DNA of 60,221 nt, counting the filler. It is 4 parts of 4 records of this genome, joined end to end, with 100 filler letters (N's around TTAATTAATTAA, not from the genome) between each part and the next. Parts side by side here need not be neighbours in the genome. Positions count along the whole stretch, not along the records: positions 47,941 to 60,221 come from DRR723986_6998; 3 more parts are not named here. The stretch is one strand, 5' to 3'. The position numbers and the translations under genes were made by a program. Under the pieces are notes generated by a model. The model was not told where the DNA came from and did no database searches. It was given only the letters and a program-made list of their open reading frames with translations. This document shows, piece after piece, positions 50,590 to 60,221 of this stretch; the stretch's first letter is position 1, and the number at the start of each line of letters is the position of its first letter.

Positions 50590-51177
50590 TCAGTCTCCCA
50601 GAAGTCCGCTGGCGATCACCAGGCTCTGCGCCACATCAATGATCTTCCGGCTCTGGTTCATGGCCGTACGACGCAACAGGTCATAAGCCTCCTGCTCGCT
50701 GAGCCCCTTCGATTTCATCAGGATGCCCTTGGCCCGATCGATTGTTTTCCGGTCTGCAAGTTCAGAGCGCACTTCCTCCAGCTCCTCTGTCAGCCTGGAA
50801 AACGCACGAAAGCGGCTGATCGCCATGTCTAGGATCGATTTGACCCGCTCCCGCTTGAGCCCGTCGACGATATAGGCTGACACCCCCGCGTCGACGGCCG
50901 CCTCGATGGAATGGCTGTCCGACTTGTCGACGAACATGGCAATCGGTCGCCGCACCGCGCGAGACACCTGAAACATGTGTTCCAGCTGGTCGCGATTCGG
51001 GTTCTCCAGATCGATGACAATCACATCCGGATTGATATCGGCGATCTGACGAACCAGTCCTTCCATCTGGTGAACAAGAATGACCCTATCGTGCCCGGCA
51101 TCGTGCAATCCCTGCTCGATGATCGAGGCACGGATCTTGTTGTCATCTATAACCAGAATGGAAAGCCCGCCGCTCAT
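50590..51177 (-). CDS. nasT: ANTAR response regulator NasT
   Basis: Pseudo-receiver domain plus ANTAR (LADRKTIDRAKGILM...EAYDLLRRTAM). Confidence 0.92.
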   Translation of the reverse strand: MSGGLSILVIDDNKIRASIIEQGLHDAGHDRVILVHQMEGLVRQIADINPDVIVIDLENPNRDQLEHMFQVSRAVRRPIAMFVDKSDSHSIEAAVDAGVSAYIVDGLKRERVKSILDMAISRFRAFSRLTEELEEVRSELADRKTIDRAKGILMKSKGLSEQEAYDLLRRTAMNQSRKIIDVAQSLVIASGLLGD

Positions 51178-51383
51178 GCCGCCATTATGCGCAGGGCTAT
51201 TTTTTATGCAACAAAAATGCTGCGCCGCAACAACGCTGTCCTGTGAAGACATTCTGAAGTCACCCTGGAGCGCTTGAAACCGGACTTGCGAAAGGCGGGA
51301 ATCAAAAGAAGATTTCTCCTCTGGACAGAACCCCACAGCCTTAGAATGATGCACCGGGAAAATTCAGGATGAAGGAAAGCGGG

Positions 51384-51569
51384 ATGGCGGACACGTTTGA
51401 GCCGAAGGCGCATGTGGCCCACATGGAAAAGATGTTGGGGCTGACGATCGAAGAAGATTGGCGACCTGTTGTGGAAATGCATATCACCGCGATCGAGAAA
51501 GCTGCCGAAGCCGTCCTGGATTTCCCACTGGAAGACCACGCCGAAGCCGCACCGGTCTTTGTTCCATGA
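51384..51569 (+). CDS. Small AtzG/HpxX-like (DUF4089) amidase partner
   Basis: LGLTIEEDWRPVV...FPL...EAAPVFVP; ATGA-coupled to the amidase. Confidence 0.8.
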   Translation: MADTFEPKAHVAHMEKMLGLTIEEDWRPVVEMHITAIEKAAEAVLDFPLEDHAEAAPVFVP

Positions 51570-52978
51570 GCCAGGACAACAGCAAACTGTACACCCGCTC
51601 CGCGGCTCAGACGGCCACAGCCGTCAACAGCGGCGACATCAAGGCTCTGGAAGTTGCCTACGCATCTCTCGAGACCATTGAACGTCTCAATCCGACGGTC
51701 AACGCCTTTACCGACGTTCTGGGGGAGCGTGCACTTCTTGAAGCGCGCGCTGTCGATGACGCGATTACAGAGGGCCGAACACTGCCACTCGCCGGTGTCC
51801 CATATGCGGTCAAGAACCTGTATGATGTCGAAGGCCTGACAACCCGCGCCGGCGCGAAGATCAATCGCGAAAACCCGCCTGCTTCTGCCGATGCGACTTT
51901 GGTCCGCAAGCTGAAGGACGCTGGCGCAGTTCTGGTCGGCGCGACCCACATGGGCGAATACGCCTATGATTTTACCGGCGAGAGCGCACACGACGGCATC
52001 TGCCGCAATCCTCATGATACGGGTCATATGACCGGGGGGTCTTCCTCCGGATCTGCCGCGGCAACGGCTGCCGGCATGGTGCCGCTGGCAATGGGCTCCG
52101 ATACCAATGGCTCCATCCGCGTGCCGGCCTCGTTCTGCGGCCTGTTCGGCTTGAAGCCGACCTATGGACGTCTCAGCCGCGCCGGCACCTATCCCTTTGT
52201 CAGCAGCCTCGATCACCTCGGTCCGCTGACACGTTCGGCAGAAGATCTTGCCCTGATCTTTGACGTCCTGCAGGGCCACGACCCAGCGGACCCGGCCCAG
52301 GCAAACCATCCGGAAATCGAGACCCATAACCGGCTGCAGGAAGATATCGGCCCGCTGCGCATTGCCGTGGCAGGTGGCTATTTCCGCGACAAGGCCCTGC
52401 CGGATGCCCTGAATGCGGTAGACCTTGTCGCCAAGGCGCTTGGGGCAAGCCTTGAGATTGACATTCCGGAAGCTGCACGGGCCCGCGCCGCTGCCTATGT
52501 CATTACGGCGGCCGAAGGCTCTACCCTGCATCTCGGCCGTATCCTGGAACGGCCGCAGGACTTTGACCCGGAAACGCGTGACCGCTTCCTGGCGGGAACC
52601 ATGGTACCGGCAATCTGGGTCCAGCAGGCCCAGCGCTTCCGGAGCTGGTTTCGCGACCTCTTCCGCAAGATTTTCGAGAATGTCGATGTTCTTCTGGCCC
52701 CGGCCACCCCCTTCCCGGCCCTGCCGTCAGGTACCAAAACTTTCACGATCGGCGGTGAAACCATGCCGGCCCGTCCCAACATCGGCCTGTTTACCCAGCC
52801 AATCTCCTTCATCGGCCTTCCCGCGGTGACGGTACCAGTCTGGCTGGAAGGGGCGACATTGCCGATCGGTGTTCAGGTGATCGCCCCTGCCTGGCGCGAG
52901 GATCTGGCGCTTCGTGTCGCTCACCACCTGGAACAGACAGGTATCTGCCGCGCTCCCGTCGCCAATTTGACGGCCTGA
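51566..52978 (+). CDS. AtzE-family amidase (Ser-cisSer-Lys)
   Basis: AVKNLYD, GEYAYDFTGE, GGSSSGS, GSDTNGSIRVPAS and FTQPISFIGLP motifs. Confidence 0.88.
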   Translation: MSQDNSKLYTRSAAQTATAVNSGDIKALEVAYASLETIERLNPTVNAFTDVLGERALLEARAVDDAITEGRTLPLAGVPYAVKNLYDVEGLTTRAGAKINRENPPASADATLVRKLKDAGAVLVGATHMGEYAYDFTGESAHDGICRNPHDTGHMTGGSSSGSAAATAAGMVPLAMGSDTNGSIRVPASFCGLFGLKPTYGRLSRAGTYPFVSSLDHLGPLTRSAEDLALIFDVLQGHDPADPAQANHPEIETHNRLQEDIGPLRIAVAGGYFRDKALPDALNAVDLVAKALGASLEIDIPEAARARAAAYVITAAEGSTLHLGRILERPQDFDPETRDRFLAGTMVPAIWVQQAQRFRSWFRDLFRKIFENVDVLLAPATPFPALPSGTKTFTIGGETMPARPNIGLFTQPISFIGLPAVTVPVWLEGATLPIGVQVIAPAWREDLALRVAHHLEQTGICRAPVANLTA

Positions 52979-52984
52979 AGCCCG

Positions 52985-53878
52985 GTGAAAAGGGAACAGG
53001 CCCGCACCACAGGAAATCTCAGCCTGGCGCAACTGCGAGCGCTGGAAGCTGTCGTGCGCACCGGAAGCTTCACAGATGCAGCGAAGGAAATCGGCATCTC
53101 CCAACCCTCCATCTCCAATCACATTCAAGGTCTGGAAAGCCGCTTCAAGACAAAACTGCTGGTAAAGTCCGGATATTCCGTTTCAGCGACCCCGGCTCTG
53201 GTCTCTCTATTGCCCCGCATCAGGGCCTTGCTGGCATTGGCAGGCGATCTGGAAACCGAGCTGTCTCACCACCGCGCCCTGGCGGCTGGTGAACTCAGGA
53301 TTGGCTATTCAACCTATCAGCTCGCCATCCCGATCATCTCGTCCTTCATGGCGAAACACCCGACCATCTCGATCGAGGCACGCGCCCTTGCAAGCCAGGA
53401 CATCATCAACCTGATCGAAACAGGCTCTCTCGATATCGGCTTCATTACCGGACGCGAAATTCCGGCAGGTCTCGAAGGCGAACTGATCCTGAAGACACGA
53501 ATTGTCCTCGCGGTTCCTCCCGAACACCCGCTGGCGAAAAAGGACAGCGCTTCCTGGAAAGACGTCGCCGAGCTCCCACTTCTCCAACGCGAAGGAAGTT
53601 CCGGTACCCGCAGACTGTTCGAAGCCGCTGCCACGCTTGCCGGGACAAGACCCAAGACCGCGCTCGCTCTTGGCTCCTGGGGGTCAATCGCAACGCTGGT
53701 CAGATCCGGCTCGGGTATCGGTGTCGCGCTGGAAGCGGAAATCACCGAGCGCGACGGTTGTGTCGGTGTCAGGATCGAAGACGCGAACCTCAACGCAAAC
53801 CACTTTGCAGTCTGGCAAAAAGACATGGGTACAGTGGCCGCCATAGAGGCATTTCGAGCCGGTATGCCCGCTTCATGA
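52985..53878 (+). CDS. LysR-family transcriptional regulator
   Basis: LAQLRAL...GSFTDAA...SQPSIS HTH and REGSSGTR; GTG start. Confidence 0.92.
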   Translation: MKREQARTTGNLSLAQLRALEAVVRTGSFTDAAKEIGISQPSISNHIQGLESRFKTKLLVKSGYSVSATPALVSLLPRIRALLALAGDLETELSHHRALAAGELRIGYSTYQLAIPIISSFMAKHPTISIEARALASQDIINLIETGSLDIGFITGREIPAGLEGELILKTRIVLAVPPEHPLAKKDSASWKDVAELPLLQREGSSGTRRLFEAAATLAGTRPKTALALGSWGSIATLVRSGSGIGVALEAEITERDGCVGVRIEDANLNANHFAVWQKDMGTVAAIEAFRAGMPAS

Positions 53879-53901
53879 CAAATTGAAGTCGCCAGCCATT
53901 T

Positions 53902-53918
53902 TATAATTAAAACCTATA
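53902..53918. promoter_or_regulatory. Putative LysR recognition site
   Basis: TATA-ATTAAAACC-TATA, containing a T-N11-A core, about 150 bp upstream of the oxidase. Confidence 0.5.
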
Positions 53919-54069
53919 CATTTCGATCTTTGATAGACCGAAATAAACTTCCGTGATTACTGGCGTCTGACGCTTTCAAAACCACTGCACCAGAGTCGAT
54001 TTCATCGCCCACGACAAAAGCGTGATACTGACTTTGAACGGCTCCAGCACAATTCCAGAGACCGCCTGA

Positions 54070-55197
54070 ATGAAACAGAGATCTTATGACCTTGCGATCG
54101 TCGGTGCCGGGATCGTGGGACTTGCGCACGCCCTCGCAGCAGTCAGGCGCGGCAAGAAAGTTGTCGTCATTGATCGCGACTTCCAGGCAAATGGCGCATC
54201 GATCCGCAACTTCGGTTTTGTGACCGTCACCGGCCAACAGGCAGGCGACTGCTGGCAGAAAGCATCGCGCAGCCGACAGGTGTGGGCCGAAGTTGCGACA
54301 GCCGCCCGCATACCGCTGCTGCACGAAGGTCTGACCATGACCGCAAGGCTCCCGGAGTCCGAAGCTGTTATCGACGCGTTTCTGAAGACAGAAATGGGTG
54401 CGGAGTGTCAGCGCCTGACACCCGCTGAGGCCGCCCACAAGGTTCCCTGTTTGCGACAGGAGAAAATTACCCGCGCGCTCTATTCACCGCTTGAAGTGCG
54501 TGTGGAATCGAAAGACGCCCTGCCCCGGATCGCCAATTGGCTGAAAGAAGCCCATGCAGTCGACTTCCTCTGGCAGACAAGCGTCAATTCTGTCGAGGCG
54601 CCGAAGCTTCAAACCTCGCGCGGGACGGTGCACGCGGAGACCGTGATCATCTGCCCCGGCGACGATGGCACGACGCTTTTTGCTGACCGGATTGCCACTT
54701 ACGAAGTCACGCGCTGCAAACTGCAGATGTTGCGCGTCGCCCCTCGCAATCGTATCGACCTTGGCACCGCAGTCATGTCTGACCTCGGCCTTGCGCGATA
54801 TCTTGGCTATGCCGAACTCCCCGAAGCAGAGCCTTTGAAAGCCCGGCTGGATCGGGAGATGGCTGTTCACCGGGAAAACGGCATTCACCTGATCGTTGTC
54901 CAGTCCGAAGACGGCAGTCTCGTTGTCGGCGACAGCCATCATTACAGCTCGACACCCGATCCGTTCATCGACAAGACCGTGAACGACCTGATCCTGGGCG
55001 AGATGGAGACGATCCTCGATCTTGGCCCCTATGACATTTCTGAAACCTGGATCGGCACCTACGCCTCTGCCCCGGACCGCTGGCGCTTCACCGATGCGCC
55101 GGACGATAGTACCCGCATTGTCGTCGTCACGGCCGGCTGCGGTGCCTCCACCGCCTTCGCCATCGGCGAGGAAACCATTGCCGATCTCTATGCATGA
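54070..55197 (+). CDS. FAD-dependent oxidoreductase, phosphonate-associated TIGR03364-like (Pbf-type aminoalkylphosphonate oxidase candidate)
   Basis: VGAGIVGLAHA, GASIRNFG, CKLQMLR, HLIVVQ...GDSH and GCGASTAFA motifs; directly upstream of phnX. Confidence 0.85.
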   Translation: MKQRSYDLAIVGAGIVGLAHALAAVRRGKKVVVIDRDFQANGASIRNFGFVTVTGQQAGDCWQKASRSRQVWAEVATAARIPLLHEGLTMTARLPESEAVIDAFLKTEMGAECQRLTPAEAAHKVPCLRQEKITRALYSPLEVRVESKDALPRIANWLKEAHAVDFLWQTSVNSVEAPKLQTSRGTVHAETVIICPGDDGTTLFADRIATYEVTRCKLQMLRVAPRNRIDLGTAVMSDLGLARYLGYAELPEAEPLKARLDREMAVHRENGIHLIVVQSEDGSLVVGDSHHYSSTPDPFIDKTVNDLILGEMETILDLGPYDISETWIGTYASAPDRWRFTDAPDDSTRIVVVTAGCGASTAFAIGEETIADLYA

Positions 55198-55206
55198 GGA
55201 AACAAG

Positions 55207-55989
55207 ATGAGCAAATTCAAAGCCGTGGTCTTCGACTGGGCCGGCACCATGATCGACTTCGGTTCCTTTGCCCCGATGGGTGTCTTCGTAAAGGCCTTCG
55301 ATACCTTCGGCATTACCGCAACCATCGACCAGGCACGCGGCCCGATGGGCAAACCGAAGTGGGACCACATCCGCTCCATGATGGATGATCCGGACATCTG
55401 CGCCCAATGGATCGCCAAATACGGCCAAGCACCAACTGATGCCGATGTGGACAAGGTCTACAAGGTCTTCGTTCCAATGAACGAGGAAGTCGTCGCCGAT
55501 TTCTCCGATCTCGTTCCAGGTGCTGCCGAGGTTGTCAGATTGCTTCGCGCCAAGGGCATGAAAATCGGCTCGACCACCGGCTATACCCGCTCGATCATGG
55601 AACGCGTGCTGCCGAAAGCTGCCGAACAGGGTTATGAACCGGACAATCTCATCTGTGCCGACGACCTGCCGGAAGGCCGTCCCGGTCCGCTCGGCATGTA
55701 TCAGTGCTTCGTCGATCTGGTGGCCTACCCGCCGAGCGCGGTCATCAAGGTGGACGACACTGAACCGGGCATTGCCGAGGGTGTTGCAGCCGGCTGCCTG
55801 ACTGTTGGTCTTGCGCTGTCAGGCAACTATGCAGGCAAGACACCGGAGGAACTCGCTGCACTTTCGAAAGATCAGGTTGACGTCCTGCGCCAGCATGCAA
55901 CGGTAGAGCTGAAAAAAGCCGGCGCCGACTACGTCATTGATACGGTCGCGGATCTGCCAGCCCTGATCGAGAAACTGGAAGCGGAATGA
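55207..55989 (+). CDS. phnX: Phosphonoacetaldehyde hydrolase (phosphonatase)
   Basis: VFDWAGTMIDFGSFAP, PMGKPKWDHIR (Schiff-base Lys), GSTTGY and KVDDT motifs. Confidence 0.95.
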   Translation: MSKFKAVVFDWAGTMIDFGSFAPMGVFVKAFDTFGITATIDQARGPMGKPKWDHIRSMMDDPDICAQWIAKYGQAPTDADVDKVYKVFVPMNEEVVADFSDLVPGAAEVVRLLRAKGMKIGSTTGYTRSIMERVLPKAAEQGYEPDNLICADDLPEGRPGPLGMYQCFVDLVAYPPSAVIKVDDTEPGIAEGVAAGCLTVGLALSGNYAGKTPEELAALSKDQVDVLRQHATVELKKAGADYVIDTVADLPALIEKLEAE

Positions 55990-57482
55990 CACGTCCGAAT
56001 ATCCTGCTGATCACCGCTGACCAGTGGCGGGGCGATTGTCTCGGCACAGTTGGACACCCTGTTGTCAGGACGCCGAACCTTGATGCCTTCGCCGCAACGG
56101 CAACAGTTTTCGAGCAGCATTATGCGGCAACGGCTCCGTGCTCTCCTGCACGGGCCTCGCTCTATACCGGACTTTACCAGATGAACCACCGGGTCGTGTG
56201 GAATGGCGCACCACTCGATGATCGGTTCGACAATATCGCCCGTGCTGCCCGCCGGGCCGGATATACGCCAACGTTGTTCGGCTACACCGATACCTCACCC
56301 GATCCGCGCCTGCATCACCCGAACGACCCCGTCCTGACTTCCTATGAAGGTGTTCTGCCCGGCTTCTGGGTACGCCAGCCGCTTGCCGAGGACGAAAAGC
56401 AGTGGCTTTCCTGGATGGTTTCACGCGGTCACGATCCCGCAGGTTTGCCTACCATCCATCACGTGGAACCCGAAGAAGGTGAAAAAGTCAGCCTCAAGGC
56501 AGCCAGGTATTCGAAGGACGAAACCCAGACAGCCTTCATGACGGATGCCTTCCTCACCTGGCTTGGAGAACAGGATGAAGACCGGCCATGGATGGCGCAT
56601 GTTTCCTTCCTGCGACCGCATCCGCCGATTGCCGCTCCTGCCCCCTATAACACCCTCTACAATCCCGATGACGGGCCGGGTTTCTCCGGGGCACCAACTG
56701 CGGCGGAGGAAGCTGCGTTTCACCCCTTCATGGAAGCCCTGCAGGATTATCAGCAGCTGGCCTCCCATCTACCGGGGACCACTGACTTCGTTCGTGATCT
56801 GACGGAGCGCGATCTCAGGCGGTTGCGAGCACTTTATTACGGCATGATCACCGAAGTTGACGCACAGCTCGGCCGGATCTTCGAGGCGCTGGAACCACTC
56901 GAAAACACGTTGGTTGTTTTCACCTCCGATCATGCGGAGATGATGGGCGATCACTGGATGCTCGGCAAAAGCGGGTTCTACCGCGAGAGCTACCACATCC
57001 CCCTCATGATACGGGCACCGGGTGGCGGTGCAGCGAACCGGGTCTCCGCCTTCACGTCCTCGACCGATATCTTCCCGACACTCCTGGATCTGCTGGATAT
57101 CGAACCCGAGCATGCCCCGGACGGAGCCAGCCTGCTGCCGTACCTCAGCGGACAAACGCCTCTGTCCTGGCGAGATGCTGCTCTCTGGGAGTTCGATTAC
57201 CGGCAATTTCTGAAAAAATGGCCGGAGAAGTTCCCGGCATCTGCCCATGAAGGATCCTCCGCAGCACTTTGCCGCCTCGGGCCGGAATGGCAGTTCGTGC
57301 ATTTCTCCGGAATGCCGAACATTCTGATGAAGGCCGCCTGCACGTCCACCGCGCCGGTCAACGAGGCGGCCAGTCACCCGGACCTGGTGATCGCCAACCT
57401 TGATGCCCTTGTGGCAACCCGGATGCGCCACAACGACGAGACCCTGGCCCGCACCCTGGTCTGGGACTACTATCGGGAATAG
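55986..57482 (+). CDS. Phosphonate monoester hydrolase / phosphodiesterase (formylglycine sulfatase superfamily)
   Basis: NILLITADQWR, CSPARASLYTG (CxPxR), PMH-type MNHR and GYTDTSPDPR, RPHPP and TSDHAEMMGDH motifs; ATGA-coupled to phnX. Confidence 0.85.
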   Translation: MTRPNILLITADQWRGDCLGTVGHPVVRTPNLDAFAATATVFEQHYAATAPCSPARASLYTGLYQMNHRVVWNGAPLDDRFDNIARAARRAGYTPTLFGYTDTSPDPRLHHPNDPVLTSYEGVLPGFWVRQPLAEDEKQWLSWMVSRGHDPAGLPTIHHVEPEEGEKVSLKAARYSKDETQTAFMTDAFLTWLGEQDEDRPWMAHVSFLRPHPPIAAPAPYNTLYNPDDGPGFSGAPTAAEEAAFHPFMEALQDYQQLASHLPGTTDFVRDLTERDLRRLRALYYGMITEVDAQLGRIFEALEPLENTLVVFTSDHAEMMGDHWMLGKSGFYRESYHIPLMIRAPGGGAANRVSAFTSSTDIFPTLLDLLDIEPEHAPDGASLLPYLSGQTPLSWRDAALWEFDYRQFLKKWPEKFPASAHEGSSAALCRLGPEWQFVHFSGMPNILMKAACTSTAPVNEAASHPDLVIANLDALVATRMRHNDETLARTLVWDYYRE

Positions 57483-57560
57483 CGAGGACTTTCGCAGGTC
57501 CGCTTAGCGTCACGTTAAGCGTCGAACGACAGAATGAACCCTCCAATGGGACTCTGAAGA

Positions 57561-58388
57561 ATGCGTCAGACTTTGCGGAAAAATCGGCTATTCACCGGGA
57601 TTGGACGGAGTGTCCTCCGGACCATGGGGCTGGCTCTCGTCGCACTGTTCTCGCACCAGCATGTGTCCGCGGCCCCGATTGAGCTCAAGGTCATTGACTC
57701 GGTCGATCCCCCCTGGCCGTCCATAGGACGGGTAAACGTTGCCGGCTTCAGGTCGACTGCCATGTGTACCGGCACCTTGATCGCACCCGATATCGTGCTC
57801 ACAGCCGCCCATTGCCTCTACAACAAGACGACCCGCAAGCCCTTTCCGATCGAAGACCTTCTGTTCATGGCCGGTGTTCGGCGGGACGAATACTCCGCCC
57901 GCTTGGAACCTGCATGCACCATCACCGCTGCAGGATACGAGCCACGGCAGAAACCCAGGTTGCGGGAGGTACACAAGGATGTCGGGATCATTCTGCTGAA
58001 GGAACCCAGCACATTACCGCCCGTTCCGGTGCTTTCGCTGGATGAGGCAACAGTTCTGACCAAGGACACACGGTTTCAATCCGCAGGCTATCGCCGCAGC
58101 CGCCGTTTTCTGCCAACCGTCGTGCCCGCGTGCAGGGTCATGGGAACCGCCGAGGACAGCTGGGTAACGGATTGCGCATCGGAAGCCGGCGCATCGGGCG
58201 GTCCGCTCCTGGTGGAAACGCCGAACGGGCTCCGTGTTGCCGGCATCATGTCGGCCAAGATCGACGCCGTCCGCTCAGCCATCGTGCCTTTCCTGGAATG
58301 GCAGGACCTTTTGGCCAATCCGCGCTGCAGCGGTGACAGTGCTCCGGCAACCCCGCCACTCCGGTCATCGCTTGATACGGACAACTGA
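57561..58388 (+). CDS. Trypsin-like (V8-type) serine protease, exported
   Basis: CTGTLI, LTAAHC, D and GASGGP catalytic motifs; the start could instead be the Met at 57624. Confidence 0.85.
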   Translation: MRQTLRKNRLFTGIGRSVLRTMGLALVALFSHQHVSAAPIELKVIDSVDPPWPSIGRVNVAGFRSTAMCTGTLIAPDIVLTAAHCLYNKTTRKPFPIEDLLFMAGVRRDEYSARLEPACTITAAGYEPRQKPRLREVHKDVGIILLKEPSTLPPVPVLSLDEATVLTKDTRFQSAGYRRSRRFLPTVVPACRVMGTAEDSWVTDCASEAGASGGPLLVETPNGLRVAGIMSAKIDAVRSAIVPFLEWQDLLANPRCSGDSAPATPPLRSSLDTDN

Positions 58389-58554
58389 CGACAATTCAGC
58401 CGACGGGCATAATCTGAACCGAAAGACAAATTTTCTCTGCACCAACGCCGGTTGCCCGGTTATGGTGCTATTCCCTGAATTCGGCCCGGAGCAGCTTCGC
58501 AACGCGTGCAGCTTTTTGGCCGGCAGACTGCCAGACGCAAAGACCCCTTGGCTC

Positions 58555-59364
58555 ATGTACCAATCTGCGCCTCCTTCCAGTGCCGAACACTTCCGGCCGG
58601 TTTCCACCGACAAGCTCGCCTTTGTCGCCAGCGACACGGAGGAAGCACTCAAGGCTCAGGAAGACCTGTCCGCCCGCTACGGCAATGTTCCAGTGGCTGA
58701 AGCCGATGTCATCGTGGCTCTCGGCGGCGATGGCCTGATGCTGCAGACCCTTCACAAGCACATGGGCAGCAACAAGCCGATCTACGGCATGAACCGTGGT
58801 TCGGTCGGCTTCCTGATGAACGAATACCGGGAAAACGACCTGAAGGACCGGCTAGCGCTGGCCGACATTACGACGATCCGGCCTTTGGAAATGACGGCAA
58901 CGACCTCTGAAGGCATCCATCACGCCCTTGCCATCAACGAGGTGTCACTCCTGCGCCAGACATCGCAGGCCGCCCGTTTGCGCATCTCAGTCGATGGACG
59001 CGTCCGGTTGGAAGAACTTGTGTGCGACGGCATCATTGTCGCGACACCGGCGGGGAGCACTGCCTACAATCTATCTGCGCATGGCCCGATCCTGCCAATC
59101 ACCGCACAGCTGCTCGCGCTGACCCCCATCAGCGCCTTCCGGCCACGGCGCTGGCGCGGCGCGATCCTGCCAAATGGCGCAAAGGTCGATATCGAGATAC
59201 TGGATCCCGGCAAACGTCCTGTCAGCGCGTCAGCCGACCACACTGAAATCCGTCACGTCACCCATGTTGCAGTCCGGGAGGCGGCCGAAGCGGAAGGCGT
59301 GATCATGTTTGATTCCGATCACGGCTGGGACGAACGCATCCTCACTGAAATGTTCCGCTATTAG
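58555..59364 (+). CDS. nadK: NAD kinase
   Basis: LGGDG, GSVGFL, NEV and [15 protein letters not shown] motifs. Confidence 0.92.
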   Translation: MYQSAPPSSAEHFRPVSTDKLAFVASDTEEALKAQEDLSARYGNVPVAEADVIVALGGDGLMLQTLHKHMGSNKPIYGMNRGSVGFLMNEYRENDLKDRLALADITTIRPLEMTATTSEGIHHALAINEVSLLRQTSQAARLRISVDGRVRLEELVCDGIIVATPAGSTAYNLSAHGPILPITAQLLALTPISAFRPRRWRGAILPNGAKVDIEILDPGKRPVSASADHTEIRHVTHVAVREAAEAEGVIMFDSDHGWDERILTEMFRY

Positions 59365-59508
59365 TTTCGAAACATCCCGGCGGAAACACCCTGTTAAGTA
59401 TGATTGCCGATACTGCCAGCCACAGGCTCCGGCCGAATGCCCGAAGGCTTTGCCCTCGAGGTGTTCTGAAGTCAGGACCGAGCGAGGATAACGAGGACAT
59501 TTGCCGTC

Positions 59509-60033
59509 ATGGCCGACACTGCCAAGGACCAGGAATATGAAATCTTGTCCCCGCCTTCGGACCTGCGCAGCAAGGTGCGGGAACTGACACCTCGCGAGGC
59601 CAAGAAATTCGATCCGGTCAAGGCGGCTGAAGCAGCACTCGAACGCTTGTCCTCCCATTTCGGAACCTGGATGAACAACGAGAGCGCCACCCTGCTCCAC
59701 GCCTGGGAAGCTGTTCGCGCACAGGGATTGAACGACGACACCCTCGCCGCCCTGTTTCAGGCTGCACACAATATCAAGGGACAGGCCCTGACACTTGGTT
59801 TTCCATTGGTTGGCGAAGTCGCCGCCAGCTTCTGTCACCTGATCGAAACCGTGCCGTCTCCCGACAAGTTGCCCCTGTCCCTCGTCGAACGCTACGTCGA
59901 AGCCATTCGCGCAATGGTCGCCGAAGGTGCAAAAGACGAAGCGAACAAGACCGGCGTCGAACTTCTGAAAACCCTGCAAGGCGTGACGGAAGAATATCTG
60001 GCACAATTTCCGCCGAAACCTGATGACGTCTGA
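59509..60033 (+). CDS. Hpt-domain phosphotransfer protein
   Basis: LFQAAHNIKGQALTLGFP His-phosphotransfer helix; GAGGA RBS. Confidence 0.8.
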   Translation: MADTAKDQEYEILSPPSDLRSKVRELTPREAKKFDPVKAAEAALERLSSHFGTWMNNESATLLHAWEAVRAQGLNDDTLAALFQAAHNIKGQALTLGFPLVGEVAASFCHLIETVPSPDKLPLSLVERYVEAIRAMVAEGAKDEANKTGVELLKTLQGVTEEYLAQFPPKPDDV

Positions 60034-60140
60034 CGGACCAGTAGACCAATTGCCAACAAGGTTTATGCCGCAACGTCAAAGAGTTGATTGACTCAGGTTT
60101 CAAGCGCGCATAGCATTCGGCCTATTCATGGAGAATGGCC

Positions 60141-60221
60141 GTGAAACATTTTTTTTGTTTCTTTTTTCTTTTATTGCTGTCTTTGACTTCCGCACATGCC
60201 GAACGAAGGGTAGCTCTCGTA
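60141..60221 (+). CDS. N-terminus of a secreted caspase-like (peptidase C14) protein, truncated by window end
   Basis: GTG after GGAGA; MKHFFCFFFLLLLSLTSAHA-ERRVALV is a signal peptide plus the typical R-V-A-L-V-(IGN) start. Confidence 0.55.
   Translation, partial: MKHFFCFFFLLLLSLTSAHAERRVALV

Noticed and set aside
51206-51225. NtrC-like palindrome TGCAACAAAAATGCTGCG upstream of nasT
   Set aside because: Spacing is one base longer than the 17-bp consensus and no sigma54 promoter was found there; the weaker site near 49360-49376 was also left uncalled.
46570-57482. Apparent phosphorus-stress super-cluster (Pho-box lipid genes plus phnX operon)
   Set aside because: Separated by a contig spacer and apparently from different organisms.
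57501-57521. Small hairpin CGCTTAGCG-TCA-CGTTAAGCG after the PMH gene
   Set aside because: No U-tract and a single copy; insufficient to call a terminator or REP.
60149-60172. T-rich tracts as a possible terminator or phase-variable run
   Set aside because: They encode the Phe/Leu core of an in-frame signal peptide.

Overview
This window is not one locus. It is four unrelated contigs joined by 100-nt artificial spacers (44 N + TTAATTAATTAA + 44 N) at 16022-16121, 36423-36522 and 47841-47940. Contig 1 (1-16021, GC-rich, Rhodobacteraceae-like) carries the ilvC end, a His/Met-rich secreted protein, hemerythrin, an AruI-like decarboxylase, GST-omega and iorAB. It also has a small islet with an orphan ORF bracketed by two decayed IS5-family fragments, a DMT transporter, a Tat-signal 'half-secretin', folB-folP-glmM, a SleB-like hydrolase and a PPDK-like gene with a degenerate ATP-grasp site. 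Contig 2 (16122-36422, Rhodobacteraceae-like) has a cobalamin riboswitch heading cbtB-cbtA-His-rich protein-DUF1636-cobWNGHIJ-(antisense cobK)-cobL-cobE-cobM-cobB-cobA-DUF1636-cobF. It continues with a DMT, pncB, a membrane NYN/PIN protein, pncA and partial trhO. Contig 3 (36523-47840, Marinobacter-like) has glpK, RstAB-like two-component genes, Pho-box-led olsBA, an FKBP, a CoA transferase, tas and a Pho-box-led GT4 glycosyltransferase. Contig 4 (47941-60221, Roseibium/Labrenzia-like) has nrtA with a sigma54 promoter and ANTAR leader, nasTS, AtzG/AtzE-like genes and a LysR. These are followed by a phnW-less phosphonate operon (FAD amine oxidase, phnX, phosphonate monoester hydrolase), a protease, NAD kinase, an Hpt protein and the start of a caspase-like gene. 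The best novelty candidate is the oxidase-PhnX-PMH operon, a plausible phosphonate-ester catabolic pathway. Taxonomy and family calls rest on recalled motifs; no database searches were run.
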